A model generated the notes under the pieces. That model was not told the DNA's origin. It ran no database searches and saw nothing but the letters and a program-made list of their open reading frames with translations. A stretch of DNA of 64,000 nt from Chiloscyllium plagiosum (Eukaryota). Of the stretch, positions 56,760 through 64,000 are shown piece after piece. A program made the position numbers and the translations under genes. Numbering within the stretch: position 1 is the first letter of the stretch; each line of letters begins with the position of its first letter. The DNA lies in assembly GCF_004010195.1 (NCBI RefSeq), contig NC_057720.1, positions 36,065,321 to 36,129,320 on the forward strand. The letters are read 5' to 3'.

Positions 56760-59610
56760 GGAATGAAACTTTGTCCTCCCTGCCATTTGTAAGAACCTTA
56801 TGTAACAATGTGTTATGGTTGTTTTAAAGATCCATAACCAAGAAGTGAGCTCATAGAATGTGTTCTGGAAAATTTCTTCGAGTAGTATATTCTAGAGCCA
56901 GTCAAGGATCAAGCTATTCCTGATGTGGCAATGAGCAATGAGACAAATTAGTCAAATAGAATAGGAGCCTGCAGATGACAGCGATCATACCATGGTAGAA
57001 TTTCATTTTCAGTTTGAAGGGAGAAGTTTCATTCTAAGATTTGTGTTTAGAGCCTCAGTTAAGATACGTATAACAATATGGCCACAGTGAACTGGGAAAT
57101 TAGGTTAGAAAGTAGGAGAGCAGAGATGCAGTGACAAATATTCAATGAGATATTTAATAATTTAATCCAGTGAGAAAGAAAGGATCTTTTACAAGGATGC
57201 ATCATCTGGCTAAATAAGAAAGTTAAGCGTAGTATCAATTTGAAAAAAAAAATCATTTTGTGAAGGTTAGCTGTAGGTTGGTAAATTGGACAGATTTTAC
57301 GACCTGCAATGAATGAAAAAAAGGAGAAAGTAGAATATGTAAGGAAGGAAGACTAGTTTAACTATTCGAATAGGAAAAAGCTCGCTCATGCTAGTGCTGA
57401 TCCTGAGGAATTGAAAATGAAAAGCCAGGAAATGGTATTTTGTGCCTGGTTTTACTATAGAAGACTTAGGAAAAAGAAAACCCTAAGATATTGAAAATCA
57501 AGAGATGGAAGGAATCCCCAGAGGCAAAAAAGCAAGGAAAACTATTAGATCTAAAGTCTGACTAGCCCCGGGATCAGATAGACTCCATCCTAGGATTCTA
57601 GAAGAAATGGCTTCAAAGCTAGTCGAGGCATTGGTTATAATCTTACAACATTCTTTGGATTCTGGGAGGGTCTCACCTGATTTGAAAGTATCAGATGTAA
57701 TAATATTGTTGAAGAAAGGATGGAAAAGATAGCAGGAAACTATCGGCCAATTGGCTTCACATCGATCATAAGGAAGTTGCTAGAATGCATTATTAAATAG
57801 GCAAAGACAGGATATTTAGAAAATCATTATGTAATTAGACTGAGTCAACAAGATTTTGTGACAGGGAAATTGTGTTTAACTGACTTATTCCAGTTTATTT
57901 TGAGAAAGTACCAAGTAATATGGAAAAGACGAATCTTGGATGTGGTGTACTTGGATTTCCAAAAGGCATTTGCTAAGGTGATGCATGGAAGTTTACAACA
58001 CAAAAAGGAGCTCATGGTATAAGAGTAACATTAGCATCAATAAAGAATTAGTTAGTTGACAGAGAAGCAGAGTGTTGGAATAAATGTTTGTTTTTCAGGC
58101 TGGCAGCCTGTAAATAATGGAATGTTACAGGTATCGAAGGATCTGTGTGTCCTGACAGATGATCACCAAAAGTTGGTTTGGTGATACAGCAGCTAATTAG
58201 CGAAGCAAATAGAATGTTGGCATTTATTCCAAAGAAATATAAAAGCAGGGAAAGTACAGGGCCTTGGTGAGACCACACCTGGAATGTTGTGTGCAATTCT
58301 GATCTCCTTATCATTGTTTAAGAAGCAAATAGGGAATGCTAAATAGACTCATTCTGAGATCAAGGGCCTATCTAATGAAACTTGAAAGGTTCAGCTTAAC
58401 AATTTAGAGATAAGAGCATAGGGACAGGAATAGACAATTCAGCCCATTGAGCCTGTCCAGCTATTCAATATGATCATGGCCAATAGAATACATCAATGCA
58501 TTTTATTCAACACCCCCAAAACCAAATATGCCACTGGTAATCGAAAATCTATCAATGTCTACGTTAAACATACTCAAAGGCTGAGCTTCAAGGCCCTCTG
58601 TTGTAGTGAATTCCACAGGTTCACAACCCTCTGAGTAAAAGAATTTCTCCTCATCTCAGACCTTATTTCTCATTTGTTCTAACTTCCCCAAACAGTGGCA
58701 GTATCTTACCTGCATCTACCCTGACTGTTTCTTTACATATTTTATAAGTTTCAATGAAATCACCTCTCATTCTTCAGATCTCGAGGGAGGACAGGCCCAG
58801 TTTGTCTGATCTCATTTCATAGGATAGTCCCCCCATCCAGGGAACAAGTCTGGTGAGTCTTTGTTGCACATCCTTATAGGCAATAATAGCTTTGCCAAGA
58901 TAAGAAGACCAAAACTGTAAATAGTACCTCAGGCATAGTCTATCCAAGCCTCTGTACAATTGAAGCAAGTCTTCACTAATACTGTGCTCAAATATTTTTG
59001 CAATAAAATTAGCATTTTGTTGGCCTTCTTAATAGCTTGCTACACCTGCATGTTATCCTTCAGTGACTTATTTACAAAGGCACCTAGGTCCTTTTGTACA
59101 TCAATACTTCCCAACTTCTTAAATGCTGTCAATTAAGTCCAAAAAATATGTTGAACCACAACAATTTCTCTGCTCATGTTGTTTAGATGGAGATTAAATC
59201 TATTTCTCTTCTGTTTCAGTAATAAACTATACTTTCAAACACAAGCAAAATAGAAAAATGATAAGATCGTCTTGTTGAAACAGGTAGGATTCAGATGGGA
59301 TCTGACAGAGTAGATTCTGAGAGGATATTTCCCTGTGTAAGAGAGACTAGGAATAGAGGACACAGTTTAAGAATGAGAGATCTCATTTTTCTGACGGAGC
59401 TGAGGATAATCTGTGGAATTCTGTTCCCCAGAAACAGTGGAGGCTGGGTCTTTGTATTTGTTCAAGGCTGAGTTAAAATAATTTTTAACAGACCAAAGGA
59501 ATTTGAAGGTAATGAGGAGAAACATGCGAGAAGTTGAAGCCACAACCAATTCAAGCATGATCGTACTGAATGTCTCAAAGGATCAAATGATCTATTCTTG
59601 CTCCGAAGCC
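56760..59610 (+). mobile_element. long decayed CR1 LINE (endonuclease end to 3'UTR), interrupted at 58412-59120
   Basis: gacagcgatcataccatggtagaattt (DSDHTMVEF), ggaaactatcggccaattggcttcacatc (GNYRPIGFT) and gatgtggtgtacttggatttccaaaaggcattt (DVVYLDFQKAF). Confidence 0.85.
58412..59120 (-). mobile_element. CR1 3' fragment nested in antisense orientation
   Basis: Reads LQLYRGLDRLCLRYYLQFWSSYL...VQQRLTRLVP. Confidence 0.88.
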
Positions 59611-59649
59611 CCCTCTTCCCACATTCCTAAAACTTGCCAGAAATCTGTA

Positions 59650-59850
59650 ATTTTTTTTTTTAAAAATCTAGCGATATGGGCATCGCTGACAAGGCCAGCG
59701 TTTATTGTCCATGCCTAACTGCCGTTAAGAAGGTGTTCTTTCTCCTTGAACTGCAAATGGTGAAGGTGCTGTCAGGTGGGTGTTCCAGAATGCTTTTCCA
59801 GTAGCCGTGAAGGAACAATGATATATGTCCATGTCAGGGTGGAGTGGAAC
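59650..59850 (-). mobile_element. family-B LINE 3' end
   Basis: gatatgggcatcgctgacaaggccagcgtttattgtccatgcctaactg. Confidence 0.65.
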
Positions 59851-61647
59851 TTGACTAGGCATCCTTTGCAGATGTCCATTATGGGAAATTCAATCAGAGG
59901 GTGTTGCTTTGAATTTGAGGGTATGGCTTATTATCTGAGACAGAATAGAAAAAGAATTAATCTGCATCTGGGAAAATAACCTGAACAGAGAAACATGCTG
60001 TGATTCAATATATTTTTCAGAATTTCTTGACAGCACTTAAGTTAAGATTTTATGCTGACTTTAAATGCAGTCTAAGATGTAATTGTGCTAAAATGTTGGC
60101 ATTGAGTTGAGCATTGCTAAGTCACTATTCATGGGGTAATTAAAATATATTTCCTGATGGTGTTTAGTAATTATGACTGTCTGGAAGAAAGAATGAAGAT
60201 TTTTATCCTGAACAAATATTTTAGATGACATTTTCGGTTTGGTAGCATCTGTAAATACAGAGAAGAATGATTTTTTAGACCTGATGTCCAAAGTTGCAAT
60301 TATCTGGAATTGGGTTCTGATTTAAATCTGAATTTTGAAAGATGTGAATTATTGCATTAGTCACTTAATGCAGGCCAGAGAAAGTCAGATATATCTTTTT
60401 AAGGGATTTACTGTATAGATATTGATATATAGCCTACTTAGGTCAGCTCAATGAGATGGTGCTTCTCTAAAAGAGCAGTTAGTTTTAGTTGTCTAAAATA
60501 TACCAAGTAGTCATTTTATTGTTTCTCAGCTGATTCATTTATCTTTTAATCTGTCTATTCATTTATTTAAGCATCCAATTCATCCATGGTCTACAGAGTA
60601 GAAAAAGGTCATTTGACTGCCATTTTTATTGGGCTAAAATCTTTCTGCATGGTTATTATAAGTCTTAAAACAGTACTTCAAGATTAATGTACTGTAGGCA
60701 AGAACTATTTAAAGGCTTTTTTTGCATACTGAATTTTTAAAATAATACTGAGTCATCTACTGCACAAAGCTAGGCAAGAATATTGTGAATAAAATGAAAA
60801 GTAGAAATTCCTTTAGAAAACCCCAAAACACCATTAAATTTAAAGAAAGGAACTTCATTGTTCAGATGGGCTTAAAATGCTTCTCAGTTTTATGTATACC
60901 ATAAAGAAGTGATAGATAGATATTGATATTGGTGACAGAATTGTAAATGCTTGCTTTCAGCTGGTCCAAGTTTACTAGTTATCAAGTGGTATATTCACAA
61001 GTGTATTTTATACTTTGCCTGATCCTTACAAAGGGGCAAAACCTAGAGGTATATGTATCAAGTATTAAAGAGTTGGTCATAATATTTCAAATTCAGTTAC
61101 ATTCTTTTTAATGAAAATGAGTTTATATGGCAGAGGATCCAGGCATCTCTTCAAGGTAGACGAAAGTTCAGTTATTATGAAAAAAAATCTTAACAAGTAT
61201 TTATTCTTGGCATCATTGGTGGAATCTTCTGCTCTTGCTGGTGGCAAGCTTGAAGATGGGAAGGGCTCTTAATTAAGTGGGATGGTGGTGTATCTGAAAC
61301 CTTTTCACTACTATTGACCTCCCTCCTTTGTACTCCCCTTCTGATTGGCTTTTGGCTCAGTGAGCCTTCCCATACAGAGACAGAAGGGTCCTTTGTTGAT
61401 TCTTAGGCCAGCCAGTAAGCAAGACCCTTCACCTCTTAATAGACTCTGATGATTAATGTACATGATTCCTGTTCCATCCTCTTCCTAATTTTATTGTGGT
61501 TGGAGGAATCCTTCAATTTAGATATATTTATAGTATATTTTGCATCTAATATCTTGCCGATATTGTGTTCAAAACTGATTTTATTTAGAAACAGTTAATT
61601 TCCTCTAGTCATGCTGTATGTTACATTTTCTACCATTAATGTTTCCA

Positions 61648-62455
61648 GAAGACCATGAGACACAGGAGTAGGATTAGCCCATTCAGCCCATCAAGTCACT
61701 GCACAATTCAATTATGACTGATATGTCTCTCAGCCCCATTCTCCTGCCTTCTTCCTATAACTGTTGATCCCCTTCATAATCAAGAAACTATTTATCTGTC
61801 TTAAATACACCCAATTGCATGGCCTCCAAAGCCTTCTGCGACAATGAGTACCACAGATTAACCATCCTCTGGTTGAAGACATTCCTCTTCATCTCAGTTC
61901 TAAAGGGTCACCCCTTCACTCTGAGCCTGTACCCTTGGGTCCTTGTCTCTCCTGCTTGTGGAAACATCTTGTCCACATCCACTCTATCCAGGCTTTTCAA
62001 TATTATATAAGTTTCAATCAAATCCCCACTCATCCTTCTAAACTCCGAGTACAGACCAAAGTCCTCAACTGTTCCACATACGACAAGCCCTTCATCCCCA
62101 GGATCATTCTTATAAACCTCCTCTGGACCCCCTTTAACACCAGCACGTCCTTCCTTAGGTACAGAATCCAAAACTGCTCACGGTATTCCAAATGCCTTAT
62201 ATAGCCTCAGCCTTTTGGATTCTAGCCCTCTTGAAATGAATGCTATCACTGCATTTGCCTTCCTAACTGCTGACTGAACCTGCATGTTAACCTTAAGAGA
62301 ATCCTGAACTAGGACTCCCAAATTCCTTTGTGCTTCAGATTTCCAAAGTCTTTCCACATTTAGTAAATATGTTTCCTCACACTTTTCCACATTGTATCCC
62401 ACCTGCCACTCTCCTAACCTATCCAAATTCTTCTGCAGCCTTCCTGCTTCATCAA
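61648..62455 (-). mobile_element. CR1 LINE 3' fragment
   Basis: Reads EFRRMSGDLIETYIILKSLDRVDVDKMFP and RLQKNLDRLGEW. Confidence 0.92.
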
Positions 62456-62534
62456 CATGACCTGTTCCTCCAACTGTTTTTGATTGCTTCACATGCTCCT
62501 TTCACAAATACACATTGCCATTCGAGTTTTTCTA

Positions 62535-62700
62535 TCTTTGTTCATTCAGAGATGTGGATGTTGCTGGCTAAACCAAATTTATTGCCCATTCCTAATAGGC
62601 AGTTAAGAGTTCACATTGGGCTTTGGGTCTGGAGTTGCATGTCAGCCAGGCCAGGTAAGGGTGCCTGATTTCCCCCCTAAAGGACATGAAACAAATGGAG
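62535..62700 (-). mobile_element. 3' half of the SINE family seen at 45716
   Basis: gatgtggatgttgctggcta...tttattgcccattcctaat...ggcagttaagag...ccaggtaaggg...ctaaaggacat. Confidence 0.75.
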
Positions 62701-64000
62701 CAAGAAAGATCAGTTCCTATTTAAACTTGTATAATCTCTCTTTCAGAATAAAGGCAAAGTTTCCCACCAAGGCAGTTCCTTCAAAATCATGCAAAGCCTA
62801 TCATGTTTAACCTCCCTGTCGTTATATCCGTGCAATTCTGTAATTCCTAATAATGAGTGCAGCAGAGTTATCTCATTTTCCCCATTTCAATGGATCATCA
62901 CCTATCTTTCATTCAGTGTCTGCCCATAATTGCTGGTTTAAATTTGGAACTTGCATTGCATTATATTGAACATAAAGAAATAACTGGTCATTCAGCCCAC
63001 TGGGGCATGTTGATGTTTATATTTCACATAAGCCACCTCCCAGCCCTTTTGCAAAGAATTACATAAAACATTTTGACTGCTGTGTATTGCTCATCACTGC
63101 TTAGATAAATTTATTGTAAATCTTTCTGGAATAAATTGAGCACCTTGACATTTTTTTTAAAAAGTGTACTGAAGATGATGGAAGAGCAACTCAGGAAATT
63201 TATGTTCTTTTTTCACCCGAGCTAAGGTGTAGTCAGGAAACTTTTTCAAATGCCGCTGAGGAGATTGGATAGCAGATACACATTGAGTATATTCGATTTT
63301 AAAATATCTTCCTCATGTGGGCATAGCAGTTTCAAAAGGATTTCAATTGAATTTTGTTCACATGTCCGTCTACATGTCTATTTGAAAAAAAGCATTGTGA
63401 CCCTAAAGGACCATTTGCAGTTTCTTTAATGCATCATGTCCACAGGGCGATAAGAGACTTGCAGGTTTAACTTAGTGTGCACTTGTGAAAAATCAACGAC
63501 AATGAAATGATTACGGCCTTGTGTCTGATCAAGAATGTGCAATATTTTCTTTTAGATTAAATGTCATATGGTTTTTAAAATAATTGTGGAGATGATAGAC
63601 GTCAGATGTAGACATTTGGATCTTTTTCCTACTTTGGATAGCTAGATTAGATACAGCCTGCCAAATGGTACCAGTGCTATTTCCCAACATATGCCTTAGC
63701 TCCATCCTTGAAAGAGAATTCAAAAGTACACATGCACACGTTTCCCACACCATCCTTCCTTGTCTCCTTTCTCATTGTTATAACTTAAAAATTTAATTTA
63801 AATCTTTCTAATTTTAAGATAATGGACAGAACCTTATGGGGGTCTGAGTGATGTAGGTTATGGCAAGATCTGTGGTAGAACTGAACGACAAGACTGGAGA
63901 GGTTTGGAGTTGATGGCAGCAGGTAGGGAAAATGTTGCATGCAATAGTGAGAATGGTTGGGCATGAGCCTTGGTGGGAGTGGGTACAGCAGCAGAGGGGG

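Noticed and set aside
1..64000. Prokaryotic-type systems (CRISPR, operons, retrons) or contamination
   Set aside because: No gene-dense segment or regularly spaced repeats; all RT sequence belongs to vertebrate non-LTR elements.

Overview
AT-rich, TE-dense vertebrate DNA. The repeats (HE1/V-type SINEs, CR1 LINEs, Deu-type SINEs, Penelope elements) point to a shark; an orectolobiform such as a bamboo or epaulette shark is an inference. I found no intact host protein-coding gene, so this is probably intergenic DNA or a large intron. Nearly all ORFs in the track are sense or antisense readings of decayed retroelements. Recognisable content: about 20 CR1 fragments (many nested), several SINE families, a processed RPL17 pseudogene (41054-41579), three fossil PIF/Harbinger transposase fragments, a Tigger/pogo-like MITE, two recent tandem duplications and TE-free blocks rich in PBX/MEIS/homeodomain motifs (candidate conserved enhancers). 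The most striking signal is a set of about 10 Penelope-like element (PLE) insertions from at least three families. Many are reduced to 115-260 bp non-coding units flanked by TSDs. Each carries an intact, decayed or truncated minimal hammerhead ribozyme (CUGAnGA-A-stemII-GAAA-CG/GC-UH) with a covarying stem II and a palindromic stem III. Several form asymmetric fold-back hairpins, and their 5' ends or inversion points cluster at the ribozyme. Boundaries were read by eye and are approximate for old repeats. Family names come from recalled consensus sequences; no database search was run.
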